Shown here: piece after piece, positions 9,320 to 18,381 of the stretch
How positions within the stretch are numbered: position 1 is the first letter of the stretch
Layout of the letters: every line of letters begins with the position of its first letter
Source: an uncultured Bacteroidota bacterium
Lineage (GTDB): Bacteria > CLD3 > SB21
Direction of reading: 5' to 3'
DNA length: 64,000 bases
NCBI GenBank assembly: GCA_964544475.1
Contig: CAZJBS010000009.1
Location: 11,639-75,638 of the forward strand
Program-made: the position numbers and the translations under genes
The notes under the pieces: generated by a model
Told to the model about the DNA's origin: nothing
What the model saw: only the letters and a program-made list of their open reading frames with translations
Database searches by the model: none

Positions 9320-9958
9320 ATGGACCATCCGCAAGTGAGACTTAATTATCGTCAGATCTTGGAGTTATCTCTTATTCTTGCCATGGCAGTACCGGTTGTG
9401 GCCTTCAGGCTGGTGCGTTTTGAAGAGGGCAAATCGTTGAGCCCAGCTGATGGACTGATCCTTGAGGTTGCTGACATACCTCAGACGATTCAGAGGATGC
9501 AACAGCCATTGCATCGGAAGCCCTTTGTGCCCATTGCGGCAGGTTCCGAGTCCGTCCTTGAAGATAATTCTGCGGAAGAAGTGTTCAACGATGAATCGGC
9601 CTTGCTGAATGTGCCGGAACCGCCACGGCCCGACATTAATACCAACGAGGAGTCCGTGCCGTTTGTGTGGTATAGTGAGCCACCGCGAATCATAGGAGGT
9701 GCGGAGTTCATAACGAAGCATTTGAAGTATCCTGAAATGGCCCGCCTGGCTAACATGGAAGGTTCCGCCCTTATTCTGGTAACCGTTGACGAAGAAGGAA
9801 AGGTGGCTCTTGTCCGGGTCGGAAAGGAAGATGGTAACGTTGGGTTCGGTCAGGCGGCCATGGAAGTCATTAGGAAGTGTCGGTTCACACCTGCCATGCA
9901 ACGCGATAAGCCGGTCAGAGTAGAAGTCGGCATTAATGTCGTCTTCAGATTGAAGTAG
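9320..9958 (+). CDS. tonB: Energy transducer TonB paralog
   Basis: N-terminal TM and TonB_C domain (KYPEMARLANMEGS...FTPAMQRDKPV); SD GGAGG upstream. Confidence 0.85.
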   Translation: MDHPQVRLNYRQILELSLILAMAVPVVAFRLVRFEEGKSLSPADGLILEVADIPQTIQRMQQPLHRKPFVPIAAGSESVLEDNSAEEVFNDESALLNVPEPPRPDINTNEESVPFVWYSEPPRIIGGAEFITKHLKYPEMARLANMEGSALILVTVDEEGKVALVRVGKEDGNVGFGQAAMEVIRKCRFTPAMQRDKPVRVEVGINVVFRLK

Positions 9959-10042
9959 AAAAACAAAAGCGGCGACGGTTCTCGCGTTGGCGGAACAACA
10001 ATTGGAGATAGTCGGGAATCTTCAATCAACGACGGTTGAAAC

Positions 10043-10074
10043 AAAAAAGCCTCAACAGTTGGTTTCGTGAGGCT
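10043..10074 (-). terminator. Intrinsic terminator of tRNA-Ile2
   Basis: Minus strand AGCCTCA...TGAGGCT stem followed by a T run, directly after the tRNA 3' end. Confidence 0.75.
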
Positions 10075-10076
10075 GA

Positions 10077-10152
10077 TGGTGGGCCCTCAGGGATTTGAAC
10101 CCCGGACCAAAGGATTATGAGTCCTCTGCTCTAACCGCTGAGCTAAGGGCCC
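10077..10152 (-). tRNA. tRNA-Ile2 (CAT anticodon, lysidine type)
   Basis: GGGCCCTTAGCTCAGCGGTTAGAGCAGAGGACTCATAATCCTTTGGTCCGGGGTTCAAATCCCTGAGGGCCCACCA. Cloverleaf with anticodon CAT; body resembles ileX-type tRNA rather than Met/fMet; CCA encoded. Confidence 0.9.
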
Positions 10153-10163
10153 GAACGTCGGCC

Positions 10164-10192
10164 ATGATATGAAAAAAAGTGAACACTGGCAA
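10164..10192 (-). promoter_or_regulatory. Sigma70-type promoter of tRNA-Ile2
   Basis: TTGCCA-N17-TATCAT ending 12 nt before the tRNA 5' end. Confidence 0.7.
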
Positions 10193-10202
10193 TAGAAAAT
10201 AC

Positions 10203-10424
10203 TCACGGCAACCGGTCGGCCATAGGGCAAACCCGCAGGACGGGCAGAGTGAAAAACTTTTGTCCAAGGATTTCGACCGTCTTTCCGCAACGGCATGAGT
10301 AAGGATCTGCGATTTCGAAACACCCCAGATCAAAATCCTTGCAAAACAATTCGATGGGTTCGTAACGGATTTCCTCTTGTTGATCGTGATGTGATGTCCT
10401 GGGTGCGGGCGGAGGCACGGTCAC
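10203..10424 (-). CDS. Possible small Cys-rich hypothetical protein
   Basis: GTG start overlaps the stop of the upstream HD gene (GTGA); 73 aa with 5 Cys; family not recognised. Confidence 0.3.
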   Translation of the reverse strand: MTVPPPAPRTSHHDQQEEIRYEPIELFCKDFDLGCFEIADPYSCRCGKTVEILGQKFFTLPVLRVCPMADRLP

Positions 10425-11077
10425 TTTCTCCGACCCCTCAAGTGAGTCATTTCATACTTCATTTCTCGCAGAACATATGGACTGACGTCTTCCGCGATCG
10501 CCGTGTATCTCTTTTCCGTTTCCGCCAGATAACGCTTCACTTTGGCCTTGTTTTGGCTGAATCGCAGTGAACGCAGATTATCCAGGCGGTCACAGACTTT
10601 CACGAGTTTTATTTCGTCGCTGGCGTTGACTATGTTCTCATAATAGACCCGTTTGTGGTTCTCGATACGGGGATCCTTCGACAGCACCTTGACCATCAGG
10701 GCAATTTCATCGTTGAAATTGTTTTTCAATTCGCGAGTTGTGATGTTGCAGTCTTCGATCACATCATGGAGAAGAGCAGTGCATACGAGTTTGGATTCCA
10801 TGTTGGAGAGTTCATGCAACAGGACGCACGCGACACGGATTGGATGTGCGATGTATGGCGCGCCTTCGTCGCGTTTCTGGCCGTCGTGGGCGAGGCGGGC
10901 AAAATCCAGCGCTTTCAGGATCAGAAAACGGTCGGATTTGACATATTTATACCGACTGACGTACTCGTGGAACTTATTTTCCAGATAACCCATGTCGGAA
11001 AAGCGCTCGAACAAGTCCTTTTCACGTCGACTTTGATGGGATGCGACGGTGCGTGTTTTCCTGGATTTGGTATTCAA
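10421..11077 (-). CDS. Standalone RelA/SpoT-type HD hydrolase (small alarmone hydrolase, Mesh1-like)
   Basis: RDEGAPYIAHPIRVA, ALLHDVIED, VKVCDRLDNLR; no synthetase domain. True start may be ATG 10993. Confidence 0.85.
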   Translation of the reverse strand: MNTKSRKTRTVASHQSRREKDLFERFSDMGYLENKFHEYVSRYKYVKSDRFLILKALDFARLAHDGQKRDEGAPYIAHPIRVACVLLHELSNMESKLVCTALLHDVIEDCNITTRELKNNFNDEIALMVKVLSKDPRIENHKRVYYENIVNASDEIKLVKVCDRLDNLRSLRFSQNKAKVKRYLAETEKRYTAIAEDVSPYVLREMKYEMTHLRGRRK

Positions 11078-11110
11078 GATGAGTCCTGGATACGGGGATA
11101 AAATCCCCGG

Positions 11111-11506
11111 TTACAATTGGGATACGGGCCGGCGACCGCCAAAACCATCAGTCAATCCGTGCCAGAATGTGATGTCGGGTTCACCGGCTTTCCAGCAGAG
11201 ATACACTTCTTCATCATTGAGCCGGATATGTGGAAAGTCCACCAGCCCTTCCTGAATGCTCTTCAGAAGAATTCCTTCTTTCTCAAAGTACCTGATAAGC
11301 TCAACGAGATCTTCCAGTTCTTCGGGATGGTACTTGGAGCCATTCGGTCCCATGCCGCCCAGATATTCGTGTTTGAAAATATCGTAGTTGAAGACATCCA
11401 GCTTGGATTTCAAAGAAAGGAGCCGTTCCATTTTCGATTTCACTTCCGGCAGAACCATTCTCGCTTCTTCCAGTGTGAAGTGGCGGTTGTGCAAATAATG
11501 AGGCAT
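11111..11506 (-). CDS. DUF2203 family protein
   Basis: FTLEEARMVLP...GLVDFP...EVYLCWKAGEPDITFWHGLTDGFGGRRP. Start set at ATG 11506. Confidence 0.85.
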   Translation of the reverse strand: MPHYLHNRHFTLEEARMVLPEVKSKMERLLSLKSKLDVFNYDIFKHEYLGGMGPNGSKYHPEELEDLVELIRYFEKEGILLKSIQEGLVDFPHIRLNDEEVYLCWKAGEPDITFWHGLTDGFGGRRPVSQL

Positions 11507-11518
11507 AGGTGAGGATGA

Positions 11519-12262
11519 TTGAAGAGACTCCCCAATGTATGGCATCGGTTCCAAGAAAATCAAGTCCTTTTTGGGCGGACACATTCCCCCATTCCGGAAA
11601 TGGGCATGCGCAGGGAATTCATCATGCCATTTGTATATGCGTACAAGTCCCTCTATATTGGGTTCATGATCCCATCGTGGTTACGCCAGTGGTTCGTGAG
11701 ATGGTTCGGGATACCGGCGATCGAGCTTTGGTTCCGTTCGTTACGCCTTCAGTCCGAGATTCCCGTTATTCCAACTCCCGCCATTATTGGTTTCTGGCAT
11801 GAGGACATCTTCGCGGCGCTGGCGTTCTTGAAATTCCGTGGAATGATGCAAGCCTGTCAGGCGCTTGTAAGCCCCAGCACGGACGGAGATCTGCTCTGTC
11901 TGTTGCTTACCCGACTTGGCGCACGGTGTACAAGGGGTTCCAGCCACGAAATGGCTGGCCGTGCGATGAGGGATCTGCTTGATCGGATTCGTGAAGGCCG
12001 AATCGTATTGATAACACCCGATGGACCTACGGGCCCGCCACGTGTGATGAAACCCGGAATGGAGGCGCTTTCGCGAAGGTCCGGCGCACCAATCGTGTTT
12101 CTTACGTTCGAATACGATTCCTATTGGAAACTTGGCAGTTGGGATTCGGCTCGCATTCCCAAACTCTGTTCACGCTGTCGAATCAAGGCTAAGGAATTGG
12201 CTGACGATGACCGGGGCACGACAATCTCCGGACCAATGGCGGTGCCTGACCATGGTCATTAA
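11519..12262 (+). CDS. DUF374 / lysophospholipid acyltransferase-like protein
   Basis: FWHE, VSPSTDGD, RGSS, ITPDGPTGP motifs; adjacent to lpxK; true start probably downstream. Confidence 0.8.
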   Translation: MKRLPNVWHRFQENQVLFGRTHSPIPEMGMRREFIMPFVYAYKSLYIGFMIPSWLRQWFVRWFGIPAIELWFRSLRLQSEIPVIPTPAIIGFWHEDIFAALAFLKFRGMMQACQALVSPSTDGDLLCLLLTRLGARCTRGSSHEMAGRAMRDLLDRIREGRIVLITPDGPTGPPRVMKPGMEALSRRSGAPIVFLTFEYDSYWKLGSWDSARIPKLCSRCRIKAKELADDDRGTTISGPMAVPDHGH

Positions 12263-13376
12263 GCCGGTGGTCGAATGGGAGGGCGGCTTCGTGAAGTGGC
12301 TAGCGGGAGCCTTGCTCATGCCCCTCAGTGCCATGGCGTTGCTTTTCTTTTCAATACGCAATTGGATGTCCTTGCGAACTCCGGCTCGCCGAGGGTTGTA
12401 TCGTGCTACTTTGATCGGTATTGGCAGTTTGTCGATCGGAGGCAGCGGTAAAACACCCTTAGCCATGTGGACGTGCGTGATGTTGTGCCAGCGTGGTTTG
12501 AACGTGGCGTATGTGAGCAGCGGATATGGCCGCCGTGGTAGAGGGTTGTGTCTTGTCAGCGATGGCCAAACGCTGAAGGTTGACATACGTTCTGCAGGAG
12601 ACGAGGCATTCATGGTGGCCCAGGAGTTTATTTCCCGCGGCTGTCGCATACCGGTCGTTGTCGACAAGATCCGGGAACGCGCCGTCGAATATCTGTGTCA
12701 AAATCACTCCATCGACGTCGTGGTCCTGGATGATACCTTTCAATACCGACGAATCCGCAAGGACCTTAATGTGCTGGTTCAAGACACTTACGAGCGGGAG
12801 TATCCGGCTTATGGCTTGCCGGTCGGCCGGCTTCGCGACACATGGCGTGCTTTGCAGGAGGCGGATATCGTCATCGTGAGCAAGCGGATCACGCATATTC
12901 CCTCCCGGCCACCATCCCGTCCGGGCGAAAGGCACGTGATTGGATGTCGATACACACCGGTTCAGTTGCAACGCTTGGACACTTCTGAGGTTCGTCCGAT
13001 GACAGACCTCTCCAACCGGCAGATTGTCGCATTCGCTGCCCTGGGACATCATCGGGCTTTTCGCCGCACAATGGAGAATTTTCTCGCCCTTTACAATTCG
13101 CGTCTAATCCGTTATATTGAATTTCAAGACCACCATTGGTATTCGCAACGAGACATAACCAGACTGGTCCGGTTGGCTAGACCAGGACAGATTCTGCTGA
13201 CGACTCCAAAAGATGCCGTGAAGTTGCTTCCGGCGTGGATTAACAAATATGCCGAACGCTTTTACGTCATCCGAAGTGAGATTGAATTCTTGCCGGAAAC
13301 AGAGAACGAGGTAGTTGAAAAAATGATGCAAGCGATCAAGAGAAAGCCCGGGATCGAGCCGGGAGGAACCACATGA
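12252..13376 (+). CDS. lpxK: Tetraacyldisaccharide 4'-kinase
   Basis: GSLSIGGSGKTP, SSGYGR, GDE, LDDTFQY, LPVGRLRD, FQDHHWY, TTPKDAVK. Start set at ATG 12252. Confidence 0.9.
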   Translation: MVIKPVVEWEGGFVKWLAGALLMPLSAMALLFFSIRNWMSLRTPARRGLYRATLIGIGSLSIGGSGKTPLAMWTCVMLCQRGLNVAYVSSGYGRRGRGLCLVSDGQTLKVDIRSAGDEAFMVAQEFISRGCRIPVVVDKIRERAVEYLCQNHSIDVVVLDDTFQYRRIRKDLNVLVQDTYEREYPAYGLPVGRLRDTWRALQEADIVIVSKRITHIPSRPPSRPGERHVIGCRYTPVQLQRLDTSEVRPMTDLSNRQIVAFAALGHHRAFRRTMENFLALYNSRLIRYIEFQDHHWYSQRDITRLVRLARPGQILLTTPKDAVKLLPAWINKYAERFYVIRSEIEFLPETENEVVEKMMQAIKRKPGIEPGGTT

Positions 13377-14782
13377 CCGAAAATCCGGAAGAAAAGTGCA
13401 AAATTCTGGTCGTTGATGACGACAAGAATATTCTTCGTTTGATTCGTATTCATCTTGAAAAAGAAGACTACCGCATCTACCAGGCCACGGATGGCAACGA
13501 ATGTTTTGAAATCCTCGAGCGGGAATTACCGGATGTCGTGCTGTTGGATCTTCGAATTCCGGGCATGGATGGCATGGCCGTCATGGAGCGCATCCGGAAG
13601 TTCTATACGAATATTCCCATTGTCATGATGAGCGCCCACGGTACGATTGAGACGGCGGTTGAATCCATGAAAATAGGGGCGTACGATTTCGTGACGAAGC
13701 CGTTCGATTCGAACCGCCTGAAAGTGACCATCCGCAACGCCTTGGTGGTGCGTTCCCTGTCTCAGGAACTCGAGCGCCTGAAAATGGAGCTCTACCAGGT
13801 CCATGATTTTGGAAGCATCATCGGTCGCAGCGGGAAGATGCAGGAGATTTACCGCGCGTTGGACAAGGTGACGGCAAGCAGCAACGTGACCATCTTGATC
13901 ATGGGCGAAAGCGGCACCGGCAAGGAGTTGGTCGCGCGCGAGATCCACCAGCGAACCCCGTCCAGAACAAAGAAATCGTTTGTGGCCGTCAATTGTGCGG
14001 CACTGCCTGAAAGCCTGCTGGAAAGCGAGCTGTTTGGTCATGAAAAAGGGGCGTTCACCGGTGCAACCGAGCGTCGCATTGGAAAATTTGAGCTGGCCAA
14101 CGGCGGTACGATCTTTCTGGATGAAATTGGTGAAATGAGTCCTGCGACTCAGGCGAAGCTGATCCGGGTCATTCAGGAAAGAGAATTCATGCGAATCGGG
14201 GGCAATGATGTCATCCATGTCGATGTGAGAATTGTGTCGGCCACGAATCGGAATCTTGAAGAGGCGGTGAAGAATTCATTATTTCGGGAGGATCTGTATT
14301 ACCGCTTGAGTGTGTTTCCCGTAGTGATGCCGTCGTTGAGGGACCGGAAGGAAGATATCCCTCTGCTGGTTGCCCATTTTCTTGAGAAATTCAAGAAACG
14401 TGAAAAGAAAGGCAATCTGACCGGTATTGCCAGAGATGCTCTGGAAGTTCTCATGAATTACCATTGGCCGGGCAATGTGCGCGAGTTGGAAAATACACTG
14501 GAGCGGGCGGTTGTGCTGGCTTCGCGGGATGAAATTGTTTTGGACGATCTTCCGCAGGCCATTCGCACGCTGGGCATGACAAAACTCAGCGGAGGGCAGG
14601 AGGGTTACATTGACCTGTCTGGAACTCTGGACGAAATCGTTGAGAGAGTTGAGGAAAAAGTTATTCGCAAGACTTTTGCCGAGTGTGAAGGTAACATTTC
14701 TGAGGTGGCCCGTCGCCTGAATGTTGGTCGAGCCACCCTCTACAGGAAGGCGGAGAAGTTCCAACTTCCCATCAAGGACTGA
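13373..14782 (+). CDS. Sigma54-dependent Fis-family response regulator (NtrC/AtoC type)
   Basis: REC domain, [34 protein letters not shown]-terminal HTH. Confidence 0.95.
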   Translation: MTENPEEKCKILVVDDDKNILRLIRIHLEKEDYRIYQATDGNECFEILERELPDVVLLDLRIPGMDGMAVMERIRKFYTNIPIVMMSAHGTIETAVESMKIGAYDFVTKPFDSNRLKVTIRNALVVRSLSQELERLKMELYQVHDFGSIIGRSGKMQEIYRALDKVTASSNVTILIMGESGTGKELVAREIHQRTPSRTKKSFVAVNCAALPESLLESELFGHEKGAFTGATERRIGKFELANGGTIFLDEIGEMSPATQAKLIRVIQEREFMRIGGNDVIHVDVRIVSATNRNLEEAVKNSLFREDLYYRLSVFPVVMPSLRDRKEDIPLLVAHFLEKFKKREKKGNLTGIARDALEVLMNYHWPGNVRELENTLERAVVLASRDEIVLDDLPQAIRTLGMTKLSGGQEGYIDLSGTLDEIVERVEEKVIRKTFAECEGNISEVARRLNVGRATLYRKAEKFQLPIKD

Positions 14783-14785
14783 CCG

Positions 14786-15607
14786 ATGGCTCATCCGGTG
14801 AGAGATCCTGTTGTCGCGGGTCTTTTTTACGATCGTTTACCAGGGAAACTGTCCGAAACGCTGGAATCATACGTGCAAGCGCATCCGTCGCTGCCCGCCG
14901 GAACGAACATTTTTGGATTGGTAGTCCCTCACGCCGGGTATGTTTATTCCGGACATGTTGCAGGTCAGGCGTACGCTCATGTGAAGGGCCGGCATTTCGA
15001 CACGGTGGTGGTGATTGCTCCAAGTCACCGGGACTATTTTCAGGGGGCGTCACTATATCGTGGAGATTACCGAACGCCATTGGGAATCGTGACGACCGAC
15101 CAGGATGTTGTGGAACGCCTGTTGGCGTCGGGTTTTCCATTCAAGGCAACCGAACTTGGCCATCGCGAGGAGCACTCACTCGAAGTGCAACTGCCTTTCT
15201 TGCAGCATGTTTTGGGGGACTTCAAGTTGGTTCCGATGGTCATGGGGATTCAGGAATGGGATACGTGTGTGGCCGTGGCGCAGCATCTGGTAGAAGCGCT
15301 CTCCGGCCGAAGAGCCCTCATAGTGGCGAGCAGCGATTTGTCGCATTACCATACCGACGCGGAGGCGCGACGACTGGATGGGGTTGTTGTCAGGGACATC
15401 GAGGCGTTGGATGAGCAGAAATTACAGGACGATATTCGATCTCGTCAATGTGAAGCATGCGGAGCAGGTCCGATCATGGCGGCCATGATGGCGACGAAAG
15501 GTCTGGGCGCCAGGCATGCCCGCGTTGTAGCCTATCATACTTCGGGAGAGGTCAACCACGAATGGGATGAAGTAGTGGGCTATTTATCCGGACTGTTCTA
15601 CGAATAA
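14786..15607 (+). CDS. amrB: AmmeMemoRadiSam system protein B (Memo family)
   Basis: VAGLFY, PHAGYVYSG, PSH, EHSLEVQLPFLQ, ASSDLSHY, CGAGP. Confidence 0.92.
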   Translation: MAHPVRDPVVAGLFYDRLPGKLSETLESYVQAHPSLPAGTNIFGLVVPHAGYVYSGHVAGQAYAHVKGRHFDTVVVIAPSHRDYFQGASLYRGDYRTPLGIVTTDQDVVERLLASGFPFKATELGHREEHSLEVQLPFLQHVLGDFKLVPMVMGIQEWDTCVAVAQHLVEALSGRRALIVASSDLSHYHTDAEARRLDGVVVRDIEALDEQKLQDDIRSRQCEACGAGPIMAAMMATKGLGARHARVVAYHTSGEVNHEWDEVVGYLSGLFYE

Positions 15608-15647
15608 CATTGTCTCAACACGACCCACCACATAATCGAGGACACGG

Positions 15648-16130
15648 ATGATGGAAACTCTGGTTCCGGCTTTCTTGGTTTTGCATATTTTCGGAATGTT
15701 ACTGTGGTTTGGCACGCTGCTGGTGCAGTATGTCTTTTTGTCGGAAATGCTTGCCTCAGATAATATTGGGACCATCCGGTATTCCATGGACCTGATTCAT
15801 CGAACGAATCGAACATTCGTCAACGTTGGGTTGGCGATTTCCATTCTCACCGGTGCGCTCATTATCGCGGCCCATGGGATGGAATGGTTCCGCCCAAGGA
15901 TGTTCATCCATCTCAAAATTACGCTCGGATTGGTGGCGGCCGGCCTCAGTCATATTGGCATGGCGCGGATCAGAAAAATGATTCCGGTCATTCATGCCGA
16001 GCTTTTGACGGACGTCGCCAAGCAGCAGTTTGGGCAAGCGATTTCCACGTGGCGAACAACGCTGACAGTCACCGTGGCGATTCTGGCAACCATGGTCATC
16101 CTGGCCATCTTCAAGTTTGGCACACCTTAG
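15648..16130 (+). CDS. Four-helix membrane protein, CopD/HemJ/DUF2269-like
   Basis: LVLHIFGMLLWFG in TM1 and FIHLKITL in TM3 resemble CopD/UPF0093-fold motifs. Confidence 0.6.
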   Translation: MMETLVPAFLVLHIFGMLLWFGTLLVQYVFLSEMLASDNIGTIRYSMDLIHRTNRTFVNVGLAISILTGALIIAAHGMEWFRPRMFIHLKITLGLVAAGLSHIGMARIRKMIPVIHAELLTDVAKQQFGQAISTWRTTLTVTVAILATMVILAIFKFGTP

Positions 16131-16191
16131 CTTGCGACTTTCGACCACATCGATTCACGCTTGGTAGACAAACATTCCCAAGGAGCATCAT

Positions 16192-17892
16192 ATGAAATCA
16201 TGGTTCCCGTGTCTGACCCTCGTGTGGTTGGCCGCCGGCTCTCTGGTGGCCCAGAAACTTCAAACCGAAATCACATCGGTTACGGTCTATGGTGACAGGG
16301 CCTCCGTCACACGTACAGGCGAAGCCAGTTTACTGGCGGGCGATTATGAATTGGTCGTAAAAGACCTTCCGGTTTCTCTCCAGGATCAGTCATTGAGAGT
16401 CAGCGGCCTTGGGTCGGCGGCTGCAAAAATCACCGACATCAAGATCGAAACCGACTACATCGATACCATTCCAAAGAACAAGCTTTCAGAATTGAAGGAT
16501 CAATTGTCCGCTCTCGTGCAGGAGGAGCGGATCTATGCGGACCGTCAGGCCTTGCTGGCCAAAGAAAAGGAACTGCTGGACCAGATCAAAGCCAATGCCG
16601 TCAGTCAGAATTCAAGCGCGAAGGACGCGCCAAAGGTCCCGATTGAGGATTGGACTAAGTTATACTTGTTTTATGATGCCAATTTCGAAAAGATCAATGA
16701 CGAAATCCGCACACTCGAAAAAAAGAAGAATGACCTGTCAGTCCGGAAAACAAGCTTGCAGGGGCAGATCAATCAGCTGTCGGGATATGGCAAGCTGACC
16801 AAAAAGAAAGTCGTGCTAAGCGTGACGGCGACCCGTGCCGGCAGCATGAAGTTTGACATCACGTACGTGATCAATGGCGCCCGCTGGTACCCGGTCTACG
16901 ATGTGCGTGTATCCGATGAGGACAAGTCGGTGGAACTGGTCTACTACGCCATGATTGCTCAGAGTACAGGCGAAGACTGGAAAGGCGTGAACCTTTCGAT
17001 TTCGACGGCACGCCCGGATGTTTCCGGTTCGATCCCTCAGTTGAGTAGCTGGTATCTTCATGTGTATGAAGGGTACCGGGATGGCCTGGGAGAACTGTCA
17101 GCCATGTCTTCCGGTGCTGGTGGCGGGGCATACAAGAGAGCCGCGAAAATGGCCAAGGACGATTACATGGCCGGCGAAGAACTGGAAGTATCCCGTGAAG
17201 AGAAAGCGCTGGACATCGATGTGGCAACCGTCGAAACGAAAGGGACTGCGGTGGTGTTCAATGTACCAAAAAAATCGACCATTCCATCCGATAAAGCAGA
17301 CCACAAAGTCACGATTTCGGTCGAGCCCCTGAAGGCGGATTTTGAGTATGCCAGCGTTCCAAAGGTCGCTGAATTGGCCTACCTGAAAGGACGGGTTGAG
17401 AATACGACCGACGTGCCTTTTCTTGCCGGAAACGCCAATATATTCTTCGGGACGAATTTTGTTGGATCGTCCTTTCTCAATACGGTCATGCCGACAGAAA
17501 AATTTGACGTGTCGCTTGGCGTCGACGATGGTATTAAGATAAAACGCCAACAAATCCGGGACTACAAGGCGGAAAAGGGGGTCTTTTCGAAAAATACAAA
17601 GAAAACTTTCGAGTATAAAATCACCGTTGAAAGCTTCAAAAAGACCCAGGACACGATTACCATTCAGGAACAGTTTCCTGTGTCGCAGGACGAACGGATC
17701 AAGGTTGAGGCCATTGTGCCTGAGTTCAAAGATAAGGATCAGAATTATGCGGCCCACCCCAACGGTGTCATCGTTAGGAAGGACAATGGCCTGATCGAAT
17801 GGCGCCTGCGTATCGTCCCAAAGCAGAAGATTGAGCTTCGGCTGAAATACACGGTTGAGTATCCAAAAGAGTTGCAGATCGAAGGCTTGTGA
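16192..17892 (+). CDS. DUF4140/DUF4139 (mucoidy inhibitor MuiA-like) exported protein
   Basis: Signal peptide; ITSVTVYGDRASVTR; WYPVYDVRV; QSTGEDW...LSTARP; ITIQEQFPVSQDERIKV. Confidence 0.9.
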   Translation: MKSWFPCLTLVWLAAGSLVAQKLQTEITSVTVYGDRASVTRTGEASLLAGDYELVVKDLPVSLQDQSLRVSGLGSAAAKITDIKIETDYIDTIPKNKLSELKDQLSALVQEERIYADRQALLAKEKELLDQIKANAVSQNSSAKDAPKVPIEDWTKLYLFYDANFEKINDEIRTLEKKKNDLSVRKTSLQGQINQLSGYGKLTKKKVVLSVTATRAGSMKFDITYVINGARWYPVYDVRVSDEDKSVELVYYAMIAQSTGEDWKGVNLSISTARPDVSGSIPQLSSWYLHVYEGYRDGLGELSAMSSGAGGGAYKRAAKMAKDDYMAGEELEVSREEKALDIDVATVETKGTAVVFNVPKKSTIPSDKADHKVTISVEPLKADFEYASVPKVAELAYLKGRVENTTDVPFLAGNANIFFGTNFVGSSFLNTVMPTEKFDVSLGVDDGIKIKRQQIRDYKAEKGVFSKNTKKTFEYKITVESFKKTQDTITIQEQFPVSQDERIKVEAIVPEFKDKDQNYAAHPNGVIVRKDNGLIEWRLRIVPKQKIELRLKYTVEYPKELQIEGL

Positions 17893-17920
17893 CCGATGAG
17901 AAAGCGGCGAATCTCGTCCC

Positions 17921-17946
17921 AAAGCCCCGTCAAAGCGGGGCTTTTT
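17921..17946 (+). terminator. Intrinsic terminator
   Basis: AAAGCCCCG-TCAAAG-CGGGGCTTT followed by Ts. Confidence 0.8.
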
Positions 17947-18002
17947 TGTTGATTTTCTTTAACTAATTGGATATTATTTTTACTTAAAAGCGTGCCAAGA
18001 TC

Positions 18003-18368
18003 ATGATGCGCTCCAAAGCCAAATTCTATTGGAGTGATGCGTTGTATGATGCCAGGGCAAAGGAATGGCTGAGTCTGATGGAAGAGTCCGGGTCGGGCCA
18101 ATTGTACCGATGCCGGGCCTGCCAGGCCTTTATCCGGTTCTCAATGGACGACACGAAGCGTTCCGGACGCTGGGAGCGTGTCCGGCCCTTTGACCACTTT
18201 CAACTGGTCAATCGTTTCTCGGCAGCTTTGATGGCAATGGATCACCTGAACATTGTATCCGGCGCCAAGAAAAACAGGACGTTGTTTCAATGTGCGATTT
18301 GCACGTCGTACTGGTGGAAAGCCGATGATGGCTGGACGAAGGCCGACGACCGATTGATCGATTCATAA
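18003..18368 (+). CDS. Hypothetical protein with two CxxC motifs
   Basis: LYRCRACQAF and LFQCAICTSY; lies directly upstream of moxR. Confidence 0.65.
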   Translation: MMRSKAKFYWSDALYDARAKEWLSLMEESGSGQLYRCRACQAFIRFSMDDTKRSGRWERVRPFDHFQLVNRFSAALMAMDHLNIVSGAKKNRTLFQCAICTSYWWKADDGWTKADDRLIDS

Positions 18369-18381
18369 CAGAAAGACCAGT

